DNA of 63,006 bases, filler included, from Octopus bimaculoides (taxonomy: Eukaryota): the NCBI RefSeq assembly GCF_001194135.2. It is 5 parts of 4 records of this genome, joined end to end, with 100 filler letters (N's around TTAATTAATTAA, not from the genome) between each part and the next. Parts side by side here need not be neighbours in the genome. Positions count along the whole stretch, not along the records: positions 1 to 28,018 come from NC_068985.1; 4 more parts are not named here. The stretch is one strand, 5' to 3'. Shown here one piece after another: positions 11,870 to 24,744 of this stretch. A model generated the notes under the pieces. It did no database searches, had not been told where the DNA came from, and saw only the letters and a list, made by a program, of their open reading frames with translations. Within the stretch, counting starts at the first letter, position 1; each line of letters starts with the position of its first letter. The position numbers were made by a program, and so were the translations under genes.

Positions 11870-12052
11870 TTCAGTCATTTGACAGTGGCCATGCTGGGAT
11901 ACCGCATTATAGGGTTTTGTCGGATAAATCAACTTCGGTACTTACTTTTAAGTCTGGTAGTTTTTCTATCTGTCTCTTAACCCTAACCACTATGTTATGT
12001 GAACATAAACAAACACACGTTGTCCAGCAGTAGACTGTGATAAACACACACG

Positions 12053-12131
<79 letters not shown>

Positions 12132-12255
12132 ACACAGACAGACACACATATACACGCTTATATATACGACAAGATTCCACACAGTTTCCGTCCACCAAAT
12201 CCACTCATAAGTCATGGGTCAGTCCGAATCTGTAGCAGACACTTGCCCCAATGTC
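11870..12255 (-). mobile_element. SINE family A with internal (CA)n
   Basis: ttcagtcatttgacagtggccatgctggg ... cagtttccgtccaccaaatccactc ... gacacttgcccca. Confidence 0.8.
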
Positions 12256-12842
12256 TATATATGCTGTTTCGAAAAAAATGTGTGATGGTCACGACTAGAG
12301 CGCTTTTGATTATGTTTCTTTGATAATTGATGACTTGGGTTAATAGATCTCTGTCTTTCTTTCTTTTTTTATTTATTTATTTTATTCCCTTCCTCTGTTT
12401 GTTTGTTTTATTCCTTCTTCCCCTTTCCTATCTTTTCTGCTTTCCTTCATTCATATTTCTTTCAGTCATTCTTTTTTTTCTCGCTGACAAATTATACTAT
12501 TTCTTACCATTCTTTCTTGCAGACATTCTGTTGTTTTCCCCTTTCTTTCTTCGGTCCTTTAATACTTTTTTGTTCGCTCCTTTCTTTCCTGTCCTTCCTC
12601 CCTCCCGCAATCCCCTACCATTATTAACCTCAACTGGAATAAAAGCGCCAGATTATCACAAGACCTGTTTATCCTACCCAGTCATAATCACAGACAATCA
12701 ACAACACGTACACAATACTTCTGATGGATAATTAAAATACGTTTCAAGTCAAAGAAGCATTTTCACTAGCCAGCGGATATCCGGTATTTCAAACATTTCT
12801 ACTAGTTTAACAATATACGCATGCTTTAAAGCAATTATTATG

Positions 12843-12918
<76 letters not shown>
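12843..12918. repeat. Pure (ACT)n microsatellite, about 25 units
   Basis: Direct reading. It explains the poly-Thr ORF 12840-13034. Confidence 0.95.
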
Positions 12919-13039
12919 TGTCGTTACCTTTTCACCATTTGGAGTTATTTTACTTGCTATTCTCCACTTCTATAGTGTTAATGCTATATATTGTTATACA
13001 TTTAACAATGTGCCTTTGCTATCAATATTGTTGATCTCA

Positions 13040-13465
13040 AGATGGCGAGCTGACAGAACTGTTAGCATACTGGACTAAATGTTTAACGACCTTTCGTTCG
13101 TCATTCTTTACGTTCTGAGTTCGTATGCCACCGAGGTCGACTTGGCCTTTCATCCTTTCAGGATCGATGAAATAAGCACCAGTCAAGTACTGGGGAAGAT
13201 GAAATCGATTAACCCCTGTCCCACAAAATTTCAGGCCTTGTGCCTATAATAGAAACGTTATTAATGTTGATCTTAAGCTGGTGTATTGGTAGGATTGTTA
13301 GAGCGTCTGGAAAGCTGCTTTCTGGCGTTTGTTCTAGCTGTTAAAGTTCTGAGTTCAAATCCCGTCGAGGTCAACTTTGTGTTTCATCCTTCCGTGGTTA
13401 ATAAAATAAGCATAAAATAGATTAAGGCAATCCCCATGAAGCTTTTAGCCTTGTGACTATATGCA
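13040..13465 (+). mobile_element. Two tandem SINE family B copies (about 13040-13260 and 13275-13465)
   Basis: gatggcgagctgacagaactgttagc...gttctgagttcg...gaggtcgacttggcctttcatcctttc, followed by a second copy with gttctgagttcaaatcccgtcgaggtcaactttg. Confidence 0.8.
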
Positions 13466-14574
13466 GTACAATATTGTTGATTTCACGCTTTTACTTTACT
13501 GTTTCTTGTTTGTCATTTCATCCTCTTTTTTTCACCTGTGTACTGTCTTCAGTGTATATAAGATCCATGTAGCCAATAAAAGAAACCATAGCACAATCAG
13601 TCTAGACCGAGCCAAAATGAATAGCAATAATGTTTTTCGTCTCTTTATGTCGTGCGTTCAAATACAACCGAGCCGGAGTTTGCATTTAATCGTCTCGGGG
13701 TTGAGAGATAAAATACCAGTAAAATCTTTGAAACCACGCAATTGATTCTCTCTTTTCTAAAGATTCTACATTCATTTGCTTTCTTACTGGGTTTTATCAA
13801 TTTCTGACTGTATCAATTTCAATTTTTTGCTACCTAATTTTCTGTTTCAGATTTCCATTTTTCATCTACAACTAGTGTTTTTTTTATTTTTTTTATTTCC
13901 AACATTCTCAGTTTGATGCATGAAGTTTTAGTGTACAGTTTAAGATCATCCATATATAACAGGTTATTCATTTTCACCTTGGTTTTAGCAGGCAGTAAGC
14001 TGGCCTGGATATTATCACAATGCTTGTCAACGTTTATGGAGAAATACTATACAATCATTCAGCACCACAGCCACAAACTTAGTTAACATGCCAAAACTGA
14101 CGCAATTATGAAAAATAATAGAGAAAGCAAACCTCCTTAACATACCTTTCAATATTTTCACGTGTCTTAATTATTTACTTACGAATTTTCTTTCTTATGA
14201 ATTATCGTTTGTGATTTGTGACGAGACTAGTCGATTAAATTGACCGCCCACTTCCGGCACTTGACTGCTTCTTTATTTTCAAGCCAGAACGTAAAGAGCT
14301 GGAAGAAATAACGCAAGGCATTTTTCCGACGGTCTATTTCAATCAATTCACTAGCATCTGAAATGTTGTTAAACACTCAGATTCCACTCCTAGTTGTGAA
14401 ATGCCCTCGGTGGAACTTCCACATCGGCGTTCTTTAAAGGACTAGCAGTGGCGAAATTCGACGACTTTCTCGAAGAAATTTTAAAGGCCGATGAGAATCA
14501 AGTGGCTGTTTTTTTTCTGGAAAACTTTCAGCTTATGATCTGTCGATAACTTATAAAATTCTTTTGTCTAGTTG

Positions 14575-15530
14575 TGCCACCGGAGAGTATTGCTCTTTCG
14601 AGACAGAGACCATTTTTATCAGGCAGGTAAGTCATCAAGTAGTTATAACTTTCTTCTATAGGCTAGAACAGTGGTCTACCCAATAGTTTAAGTCCCACGT
14701 TAACGTTTTATAGATGATTTTATTGAAGATCGATGAAAGCGACGACGATCTCGGTAAAACTCTGGACATCGGCGAAAATCAGTTGGCTTCTCTGTTCCGG
14801 AGGATTATCGGAGCCGGACCGACAAATAATTTTCAGAAATCTCTAGCTTGGCAGTGCTACCGGGGAGAATTGTTGCTCAGCGACAACCTTAGCAATCGTG
14901 AGAATGTTATCAACCGGGTCTATCCAAGATGTATGCAAAGTGATGAAACAGTTCTGCATGAACATCGCTGACTTGTGGAGATTGTCGAACGGCTATTGCC
15001 ATGAGTAGGTAGGTTCCGTATATCAACTGTGTCCATTGTGAAGATCCTTCCTTTGGCCAAGAAAGGCAGGTAGCTTTCCTCTTTCCGGTGGATATGATGA
15101 AAGAGGTGTTATAATGGACGAAATTGAAAGTGCTAATGACAAACGCTTTTCTCTTCAGCCGTACCCTTATAAATATTTTCCCGTTTTATTTGCATGTGAA
15201 TATGAGGATTAAGCTGAAATTGTTTAAAACACGATTGAGAATAGCAAATACAGTATGTGTGAAGGGATCAACTCTGAGCCTGCCTTTGCAGGCTTGAAAA
15301 CGAGAAGAGGGAGAGGGTACTTGCTCTTCGTGGTCAGCATCATTGAGATTTTGTGGGTTTGCTATGAGTTTTTCTCAGCACTTATCCCTCTTATTTGGTT
15401 ATTTTGTGGTTTGGCACTCTCTTGTTACCTTGTTCGTTTTTTTAAATCCCATTTTACTAGACACGAGCACCCGTCCACCTTTGTATTTTATCATTTTATA
15501 CTTTATTAGACCTTGTGGCTTATGAAAAGT
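14575..15530 (+). mobile_element. Old 3' fragment of an L1/Tx1-like LINE (C-terminal zinc-finger region plus 3' UTR)
   Basis: FQKSLAWQCYRGELLLSDNL...YPRCMQSDETVLH parallels HQRSLAWQCYREALPVRDKL...ESEEIVLH at ~54945-55065. The terminus gaccttgtggcttatgaaaag resembles ggccctgtgtggctaataaag at 55730. Confidence 0.8.
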
Positions 15531-15599
15531 TATTATTGTTGTTGTTGTTGTTGTTGTTAGTATTATAATAATAATTATTATGATTATTATTATTGCTAC

Positions 15600-15876
15600 T
15601 TCTTATCACAGGTTTTGTTGGAGCTCCTGGAGTCATCTATGCATAGCAGGCTTACTACCTGCATCCTACGGTACCATGCTATTCGTTCTTTTCAGCTATC
15701 TAATACTTCCCTGATTATTCTGGCCATTCCAAGGAGGCAAACCTTTTGTAACAGTTCTACTGGGCACTTTATTCCGATTTCCTTTATATTTCTCGTGATG
15801 TCATCTGATACTGTTCCCAAGGAGCCAACAATAATTGGCACTATCTTCACCTTCTTCACCTTCTTCACTTTCCATC
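15600..15876 (-). mobile_element. 5'-truncated Dong/R4-clade RLE retrotransposon 3' end embedded in (TAA)n
   Basis: Minus strand WKVKKVKKVKIVPIIVGSLGTVSDDITRNIKEIGIKCPVELLQKVCLLGMARIIREVLDS* is the typical R4/Dong C-terminus. TAA-type repeats lie on both flanks. Confidence 0.85.
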
Positions 15877-16056
<180 letters not shown>

Positions 16057-16392
16057 TGCCGCGGTCGACGTTGATTTTCATCTTTTCGTAGTCATTAAAA
16101 TCAGTACCATTTGNNNNNNNNNNNNNNNNNNNNNNNNNNNNNNNNNNNNNNNNNNNNNNNNNNNNNNNNNNNNNNNNNNNNNNNNNNNNNNNNNNNNNNN
16201 NNNNNNNNNNNNNNNNNNNNNNNCTTCTTCTTCTTCTTCTTCTTCTTCTTCTTTCTCTACTACTACAAAAGTAAACGTATAGTAACATGTCTATAGCATA
16301 AAATAGAGTTACCTTAATTAATAACACTATCTTTTTCTCCTTCCAACTCTCTTTTTTTCTCTTTCTACTCACTCTCCTTCTGCTTTACTTTC

Positions 16393-16492
16393 TCCTTCTC
16401 TACCTTACTCCTTCTCTACCTTACTCCTTCTCTACCTTACTCCTTCTCTACCTTACTCCTTCTCCACCTTACTCCTTCTCTACCTTACTCCT
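16393..16492. repeat. Minisatellite, 16-bp unit CCTTACTCCTTCTCTA x~6
   Basis: Units start at 16403, 16419, 16435, 16451, 16467 and 16483. Confidence 0.95.
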
Positions 16493-17952
16493 GTCTCTCT
16501 GTCTGTCTGTCTGTCTCTCTGTCTCTCTGCCTGTCTCTCTCTCTTTGTAGGTACAATTATGATGATGATAATAAAAAGTAAACATTAATAAAATTAACTG
16601 CATCTCAAAGGAACAAACAAGTCGACTACCACTATCACAAACAACAACAGTAACAACAAAGCAACGGCGAAAGAATAATACATAAAACTGATAAGCTAAT
16701 CAATCAATGTAGTGTTAGTACAGACTATTTGAATGTAAGAGATTGCCAATTCTTATACAGTTACGGTAGGCAAGCAAATAATTTAGCAAAGCAGGCTGAA
16801 AAGATTAACGTTTAGAATGTCTAGATTCATATCTATTCCTCGTCCTAATGTCTGAATAGATGAGATGTTGACTGACCTGATCTACACTGGCAACTGTTAC
16901 AATAGGTTAACTAATGCATGTATGCACACTCAAACACACACACACACGCAGACACTCATATATATATATATATATATATATATANNNNNNNNNNNNNNNN
17001 NNNNNNNNNNNNNNNNNNNNNNNNNNNNNNNNNNNNNNNNNNNNNNNNNNNNNNNNNNNNNNNNNNNNNNNNNNNNNNNNNNNNNNNNNNNNNNNNNNNN
17101 NNNNNNNNNNNNNNNNNNNNNNNNNNNNNNNNNNNNNNNNNNNNNNNNNNNNNNNNNNNNNNNNNNNNNNNNNNNNNNNNNNNNNNNNNNNNNNNNNNNN
17201 NNNNNNNNNNNNNNNNNNNNNNNNNNNNNNNNNNNNNNNNNNNNNNNNNNNNNNNNNNNNNNNNNNNNNNNNNNNNNNNNNNNNNNNNNNNNNNNNNNNN
17301 NNNNNNNNNNNNNNNNNNNNNNNNNNNNNNNNNNNNNNNNNNNNNNNNNNNNNNNNNNNNNNNNNNNNNNNNNNNNNNNNNNNNNNNNNNNNNNNNNNNN
17401 NNNNNNNNNNNNNNNNNNNNNNNNNNNNNNNNNNNNNNNNNNNNNNNNNNNNNNNNNNNNNNNNNNNNNNNNNNNNNNNNNNNNNNNNNNNNNNNNNNNN
17501 NNNNNNNNNNNNNNNNNNNNNNNNNNNNNNNNNNNNNNNNNNNNNNNNNNNNNNNNNNNNNNNNNNNNNNNNNNNNNNNNNNNNNNNNNNNNNNNNNNNN
17601 NNNNNNNNNNNNNNNNNNNNNNNNNNNNNNNNNNNNNNNNNNNNNNNNNNNNNNNNNNNNNNNNNNNNNNNNNNNNNNNNNNNNNNNNNNNNNNNNNNNN
17701 NNNNNNNNNNNNNNNNNNNNNNNNNNNNNNNNNNNNNNNNNNNNNNNNNNNNNNNNNNNNNNNNNNNNNNNNNNNNNNNNNNNNNNNNNNNNNNNNNNNN
17801 NNNNNNNNNNNNNNNNNNNNNNNNNNNNNNNNNNNNNNNNNNNNNNNNNNNNNNNNNNNNNNNNNNNNNNNNNNNNNNNNNNNNNNNNNNNNNNNNNNNN
17901 NNNNNNNNNATATATATACATATATATACATACATACATACACACATACATA

Positions 17953-17990
<38 letters not shown>

Positions 17991-18021
17991 CACACATACA
18001 TATATGCAATATGCATTTACT

Positions 18022-18138
18022 GTGAAGTCGCATGACATAGTGGTTAGGGTGTTGCAATCACGATTTCGAGATCGTGGGTTCGATTCCCCAGATGGTGCGT
18101 TGCATTGTGTTCATGAGCAAAGCACTTCATTCACAGTT
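18022..18138 (+). mobile_element. SINE family C 5' part (Pol III A and B boxes plus start of CORE-like domain)
   Basis: A box TGACATAGTGG, B box GGTTCGATTCC, then tgtgttcatgagcaaagcacttcattcacagttg; joins directly to LINE coding sequence. Confidence 0.8.
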
Positions 18139-18737
18139 GGCCGAGAATGTTATCAACTTACTATCTCCCTATGCGACACGACGTTATCGCTAAAATGACA
18201 TACAATGTCATCCGTAAAAAAGACTCTCCTGGAATAAATATATAGAATCCCCGTTATTGAATGTGTACTCAAATACCAACAGCAGGGATACTGCTAGAAC
18301 ATTCCGTGAAAACATCTGTCAATTAAAAAGCATAACAAGCCAGATATTGTTGTTCGGGACAGACAAGAAAAAGTATGTACCGTCATAGAGATCAACTGTC
18401 CTGCTGATATGAATATCTCTTTGAAAATCAATGAAAGCAAAGATAACTATGGACAACTGTTTCGAAAGCTCCTCCTTCTATATCCAGATTACATATTTAT
18501 ATCTATACCAATAATAGGTGCACTTGGTTAAGCTTGAATTTTCAGAAATGAATCAATTAACTCGTACATTACAAACACAATCCGTAAGTCGGACAGTAAA
18601 AATATGTAAGATTTTCTCAGGTTTAAAATGTGACATTGTTTGCGTTATCTACATTCCAAAGATGGAGCTTTGCATCTTTGTTAGAAAGCAGCTCCTCACT
18701 CAGAGAATAAAATTAGATGATTAAAAACAAAACACGA
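18139..18737 (+). mobile_element. R4/Dong-clade non-LTR retrotransposon, 3' portion (post-knuckle region, RLE endonuclease, 3' UTR)
   Basis: PRMLSTYYLPMRHDVIAKMTYNVIRKKD, KHNKPDIVVRDRQEKVCTVIEINCPADMNISLKINESKDNYGQL, PIIGALG and TVKICKIF: PD-(D/E)XK-type RLE; frameshifted. Confidence 0.85.
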
Positions 18738-18744
18738 CCATGCA

Positions 18745-18776
<32 letters not shown>

Positions 18777-18940
18777 CACATACATACATACATATACACA
18801 TACATGCATGCATACATACATGCATACATACATACATGCATACATATACACATACATGCATACATACATACATAAATAAATACATACATACATGCATACA
18901 TACATACATGCGTGCATGGATGCATGCATACATACATACA
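18738..18940. repeat. (CATA)n compound microsatellite between the two R4-like segments
   Basis: Direct reading. Confidence 0.95.
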
Positions 18941-18944
18941 TCAC

Positions 18945-20535
18945 TGATGGGCTGGCAGTTAGAAAGAAGGGAGTTAGGGAATGCGCCGAGAAACTTTTAA
19001 TTACAAAGCTCTACTGTCTGAAGTAAGAATACACCATAGAAGCCTTGCGACAGTATGGCTTGATTGTAGGAAAACAGTCGACCCTATTCCCCACTCATGG
19101 TTGCTGAAATGTCTACATTTGGCAAAAGTCCTTGCTATCTTAGTTGCTGCAATTCAATGTTTCACAAAGATCTGGGTAACAGTTCTCACACTTACAATTG
19201 AGAGAGGAGGGAATGTCTCCAATTTTATAAATTTTTTGGAAGAAAATATCCCAAGAAGTTACACTTTCTGTAATTCTGTTCATTTTGTCATTAGATCCGT
19301 TATCATTCCTGCTACAAAAATCAAACGGCTACATGCAATTGCTAATGGAACCCCTAATTTCTTCGTGGATAACCTGAAGATTTTGCTAAAAATGTTAGAA
19401 ATTCTAGGAAGACAGCTGGAGTTAATACCAACATTTTGAACTGACACAGAACAGAAATATTTTTCCAAAAGGAATGTTAATATTTTTTAACTTGGAACAT
19501 AAGACCCTGGGTCCCCAAACCTGTGTATTACCGGTCTCACTATCTCTCCTATACCACACAAAAAATGTCACAAATACCTAGGTATTGATGAAACCATAAA
19601 CGAAGGTTCTGTGATAGAATACACAGTAAGTCGAGAGTTTATAAAAATATGGTAGTCGGAAATTCCGTCTTAAAAGATGATAATGTCCCACAATGCATTT
19701 GAAATGCTAGTGCTGATTCCATCATTTGAGATACTTGACTGGTCCGTAGAGTACATCCACTCCATAGACGTTAAAACCCGTTAAATTCTCACATTAACTG
19801 GAAACTTGCACGGAAATTTTGATATCGACAGGCTTTATGTAATAAGGAATGAAGGAGGTAGAGGCTTGAGATCAGCACGAACAGCCTTCGAATGTCGAAC
19901 AAGGAGGTGCCGAAAAGTTCTTGGCTTTGGGGATAAAATACTGGAAGATCAGTTAATTATGACTTTATTCAACATATTCCCCTCTCAGATTCATACACTT
20001 ATTACAGCGGTCCTTCAGTTTTTCTAAGCCCTGTAAAAGAACTCGGAAGGTTGAGCCTCCAGCCAAGCCTTTCGTGATATCCTTGAAGCCAGGAACATTT
20101 CAGCACCCCTAACAAAGTCTCTCTCAGACAGCATTTGCTAAACAACAGTTAAATGCGTAAACTTAGTGTTGAAAAGGGAAGAGAACAACATTCTACACGT
20201 CGGCAGTGAGACCATACAACCTCAAAATAATGGGACTGATATATCTCGAAGAAAACCTGGGTGGTAAACGCTGAGCATACAAAAGAAAAAAAGACAATGC
20301 ATGAATATATGTTTCCCGAAGATTGAAGAAGACAATAATATCAGTTTCAAATTTTGGCAGAAGGACAGAAGATAATACTATCAATATGAAGAGCAGGCTC
20401 TATTGGACTCGTGACCGTTACGTCACATCACATTTTGAAGGGCATGCATTTAAAATTCAAGAACAGGAGATTGCTAGTAAATAGCTAATAAACAAAAGAG
20501 ACTGTGAAGTCCTTGGAACTGCATGATGCAACCAA
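18945..20535 (+). mobile_element. R4/Dong-clade retrotransposon, RT portion up to the start of the CCHC zinc knuckle; decayed
   Basis: KKGVRECAEKLLI, ATVWLDCRKTVDPIPHSWLLKCLHLAKV, FFVDNLK, HGNFDIDRLYVIRNEGGRGLRS and TSHFEGHAFKIQEQEIASK; multiple stops and frameshifts. Confidence 0.85.
19902..20110. mobile_element. Mariner-derived MITE inserted into the R4-like RT segment
   Basis: TIRs aggaggtgccgaaaagttcttggctt and aagccaggaacatttcagcacccct. The R4 frame ECRT...VSLRQHL resumes after it. A further TIR-like fragment lies at 20581-20612. Confidence 0.75.
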
Positions 20536-20974
20536 AAATATGTGAAAGAGAGATTCAAGTTATTGAACTTCTGTCACCGTTACGTTCGAGGTTTGAAAAG
20601 TTCTTGACTGGAGACTGTGCAGACTCCCAATTGAATGAGTGTATATGTGTATACACCTATGTTTCTGTTTATGGATGTATATGTACCGTAGTGATGATGG
20701 TGATAAAAAGTAACGAGGATGTTGATAATTATGTTGATGATGATGATGATAGCGACTGTCTACATTTGTTCCAAGTTGACTATTTTCAGTATAAATCTCG
20801 TTTATCCTTCCAAAGCCGAGTTATTCTCACTTAAGAGGCTGTTAAGGCGAGCAGGAGATTTGGAAGTCTGGTGGTAGACATGACAAATGTAAGTAGATAT
20901 TTGAGATGATAGGTAGTTTGTAGGTTTCTTTGGAACATACACACACTTACTCGTGGATGCATAATGTGTGTGCT

Positions 20975-21025
<51 letters not shown>

Positions 21026-22489
21026 NNNNNNNNNNNNNNNNNNNNNNNNNNNNNNNNNNNNNNNNNNNNNNNNNNNNNNNNNNNNNNNNNNNNNNNNNNN
21101 NNNNNNNNNNNNNNNNNNNNNNNNNNNNNNNNNNNNNNNNNNNNNNNNNNNNNNNNNNNNNNNNNNNNNNNNNNNNNNNNNNNNNNNNNNNNNNNNNNNN
21201 NNNNNNNNNNNNNNNNNNNNNNNNNNNNNNNNNNNNNNNNNNNNNNNNNNNNNNNNNNNNNNNNNNNNNNNNNNNNNNNNNNNNNNNNNNNNNNNNNNNN
21301 NNNNNNNNNNNNNNNNNNNNNNNNNNNTATATATATATATATATATTCATACATGGATACAAATATACAAAATTGTATATGCTTAGCTAAATATAAATAC
21401 CTATTTGCATACATCAACGTAGCGATAGCGTTGGCATACCTTGTTGCCAAGAATGAAAACACCCACTTGGCAGAAATTTAGAAGCTCATTGCTTACTTAA
21501 ATATTATATGTAAACTTTACTGAAGCTATTTAAATGTATTCCTCCAAGGCCACTGTGAGTCCAGCAATGTAGTTAATGTTGAAGCGGCACGTGGAAAGAG
21601 GGGTGGGTTTGGATATGCCGAGTAACTTTTAATTAATTACATTATGTCTGAAATAATACTAAGCATTACAGAAACCTTGCTATAGAATGTTTTGACTACA
21701 GAAAACCTTTGACTCAATCTATTTATTTTCGTGGCTGCTGAAATTAAACATTTGGAAAACGTATCTGTTTCCTTAGAAAGATTTATAAAGACTGGGTCAA
21801 CTATACTTTACCTGGTAACTGAAAGTTCAATTTTTAATCTCCCAGGACGAACACACACCTTCCAAGGAAGGTGTGTGTTCAGGCTTCTATGCATTTTAGC
21901 ATCACTATCGCTTCTTGTACAAAGAGCTCATGTAGTTATACACAAGGTTTTTCAACTTCAAGTAATATCATTGTAGAACATAATCTCTTGATCGATGTTC
22001 TGAAGAACTACACAAGAAATATCTAATTCTGAGAAACAGCTGGAATTAATTAGATCTTAATTATATTCGGGATGGAATTTACCCAAACTAAATATTCATA
22101 CATGATAGATAATCATAGTAAAACTGCTTTTCTAAGTGAAAACCCCCACATCAACTGCCTTTTTAACTGTTACTATGCAATAGTCAGTGCTACAGCAACC
22201 TAGCATTGGTTAAAATGTGTCATACAAAGGAAATATGTGAAAAAGCATTGTGACCATACAGAAACACAATATACCAGTCTGAGCCGTCTTTTTACACCAT
22301 GTTGCAATGCATTTTTCTGTGTCATACTGTAACACTGAATTTATCAAAAGGCAAGACAGATGTGAGGGAGGCAGATGCTCTGATTTAGAATGTCGTGGCA
22401 ACACTCATGAAGTATCAGCTAAACATAAACAAGTCATCGAGTTGGAGTCAACGACAGTGTGTCAACATGTCGCTCGATCTGAAAGAAAA

Positions 22490-22675
22490 TATTAGCCAAT
22501 TCTCACTCAAGTCACGCCTTCACCGGCTTAAACGAGAAAATGATATTATTAGATAACATGATCCTGGATATCTTCATCAGAAAGAAAGAAAATAAAGGGA
22601 TGCATATATCTAGAATGGCTTTTATTATAAGTCTTGTAGATCATGGGTGACTTGAGGCTAAATGACAACAACAGC
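22490..22675 (+). mobile_element. Dispersed repeat family D (SINE-like, CAA-type tail); related fragments at ~530-590, 31270-31320, 32430-32560, 42470-42520 and 50615-50680
   Basis: Shared motifs aaatagcaaccaaatctccc / tgatttgagg...tttggctg and atgatcaaag; this copy ends gggtgacttgaggctaaatgacaacaacagc. Confidence 0.55.
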
Positions 22676-23324
22676 AATAAAAATCAACAATGCATAGGCC
22701 CAGTGTTCAAACGTGTATATTTTATGAGTCAGAAGCGATCCCTACAGAAGTTTCTGCTGAGTACCTGAATATATCCCAAACAATTCTAGAACTGCTGAGC
22801 AGATCTTCTGCAACAAACACTTTGAAGAGCAAAAATATGCCTACAATCAAATAGTTATACATTGGTATTTCGAATGTAATTATAAAGTCAATGCTAACAT
22901 TGACTGAGGTCTGTAATTTCCCTTGGGAATATACTCCCCTCCTATATGTAAGTATATTTTTGAAGTTGTTATTTCTGAATTCAAGACATAACTACAAAAC
23001 ACCAAATGAACAAAAGATGATTGAAGACCATTTTAACAGAGAAGATTACAAATGAAAATGTCATTTATGTCATATTTTTATGTTTATTTCTGTCTATAGG
23101 CCCAAGATTCCAAAATTTGGGTGAGATTAGTCGATGATATTGACGCAAATACAACACTGGTTATTTTTTGAACCCCAGAAAGATAGACGGTAAACTTGAC
23201 ATTCTATTTGAACTGATATCATAAAGCGCTCTAGGAAAGTACTGTGAGGTATGTAATAGAACTGTACAACGATTTTATCAATTCACATATTCCACACGCA
23301 TCTCCTGTATATATATAATCTACC

Positions 23325-24085
23325 CCACAAAATCAGACTTAAGTCGAATTAGCAAATGCAAAATCGACCAAATTATACCTCTGTCTAGGAGCAAGGTTAA
23401 GCTTCCACTTTGAAATTCTAACAGCTACGTCATCACTTGTTTCCTTTCACTTTCTTATTAGTCATATACCCACTGCTTTTAGTTCGTCATTTCGAACACT
23501 AATTCTGTTAAATTAAAGCCCTAAATTTTGCAAGTGAATACATACATAACTCCCGATATGACATCAGCATAATCCTGGCGGCTAGAATAGCACTTCTATA
23601 CTCGAATAGTAATTACTGATCTCGCAATTCGTCTGTAAGTTTATTTGATATAACAATGGAAGCATCCGGCTCCGCCCAGATTACTGACCTGGCTAACCTA
23701 TTTGTTCTTTTCCAGATTAACCAAAACTTCGCAAACCTTTCCGGATGTCTGTATAGGGATGATGCACTCCTTACAATCACTGGTTTATCTCTACCGTCCG
23801 TTGAACGCATCAGGAAAGCTATCCATTGATTCTTTAAAAGTTATGACCTTACCATCTCCTTTGAAAATAACCCCCAAATAGATAACTTCTTAGAAGTCAC
23901 TCCCGACTTAGATGCAAACTTTCCATTAACCTAACGACTCACTACAATATATAAAAGACCTATTCAATCACTCTGCACTTAGCCTTAATAACTTCGTCAC
24001 TGGTTTCTCTATTAGAATGTATTACTTATCAGCAAATTATGCCCCGTTCTATAGCAAAGCTCTCCAGAACAGCGGTTTGTGTGAG
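23325..24085 (+). mobile_element. Penelope-like retroelement RT remnant (possibly Hydra-clade type)
   Basis: IIYPTKSDLSRISK, LFDITMEASGSAQITDLANLFVL, GCLYRDDALL, VERIRKAI, DNFLEVTPDL and YSKALQNSG follow PLE RT motifs in order (NPxKS, DVTMGSxDGAE, GLYRDDGL, VNFLDV). Confidence 0.8.
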
Positions 24086-24744
24086 ATCTTCTATATCCCC
24101 ATCACTAAGCTAAAAGCTAAACTCGTACTTCACTTTTCCAATACTGATCCTAGCATCATCAGGTCTACTTCTACCCATCCACACTCCATCAACTCACAAC
24201 TAAACCCCACAGCGCACTTTAATCGGTCACCACTCCGGATCTCGAAAGTTTAATAACCTCGAACCTCACCAGGCAAACCTATCCTCCACACCTCTGCATT
24301 CTAACCCCTTCACAAAATGTGAGAATTTTACGAATCGTGTCCCTTTTCATATGAATGTCATTTACATGCAATATCGTTAGAAATGGAGTAGTACTGAAAC
24401 AATTCTTACTATCAATGAAGATTTACTAAATTTACTCTTCCCCCTGTTCTCTTCTTCATTTAATTATTTTAATTATATATATACATATATATATATAATT
24501 TATATTATTTTTTATTATAAATAGAGTTACCCAGGGTTTCCTGCTCGAAATAATAATCTATTCCGCCATTTATCAAGTTGAAAACAAGACCGTTGTCAGT
24601 TGTCCTTTGAGCAGATAAGGTTTAAACAAGAGACGCAGGTAAAGAGGAAAAGAAGAAAAACACAAGGGAGGTAACCAACGCTACAATAATTCAATGTCAA
24701 GCAGGCATAAGCCAGATGTTAATGGTTTATTAAGTGTCCGGTGA

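Noticed and set aside
14572-14626. Apparent 55-nt exon with good splice signals (ttttgtctag|...GCAG|gtaagt)
   Set aside because: It lies at the start of a Tx1-like LINE fragment that parallels 54750-54800; no host-gene homology recognised. Only RNA-seq could rescue it as an exonised TE.
18022-18100. tRNA-like sequence with A and B boxes (also 34330-34400 on the minus strand)
   Set aside because: It continues into a SINE body and has no complete cloverleaf; these are SINE heads, not tRNA genes.
22790-22860. FCNKHFEE peptide resembling a THAP-domain motif
   Set aside because: A single short motif with no other THAP residues in frame; likely chance.
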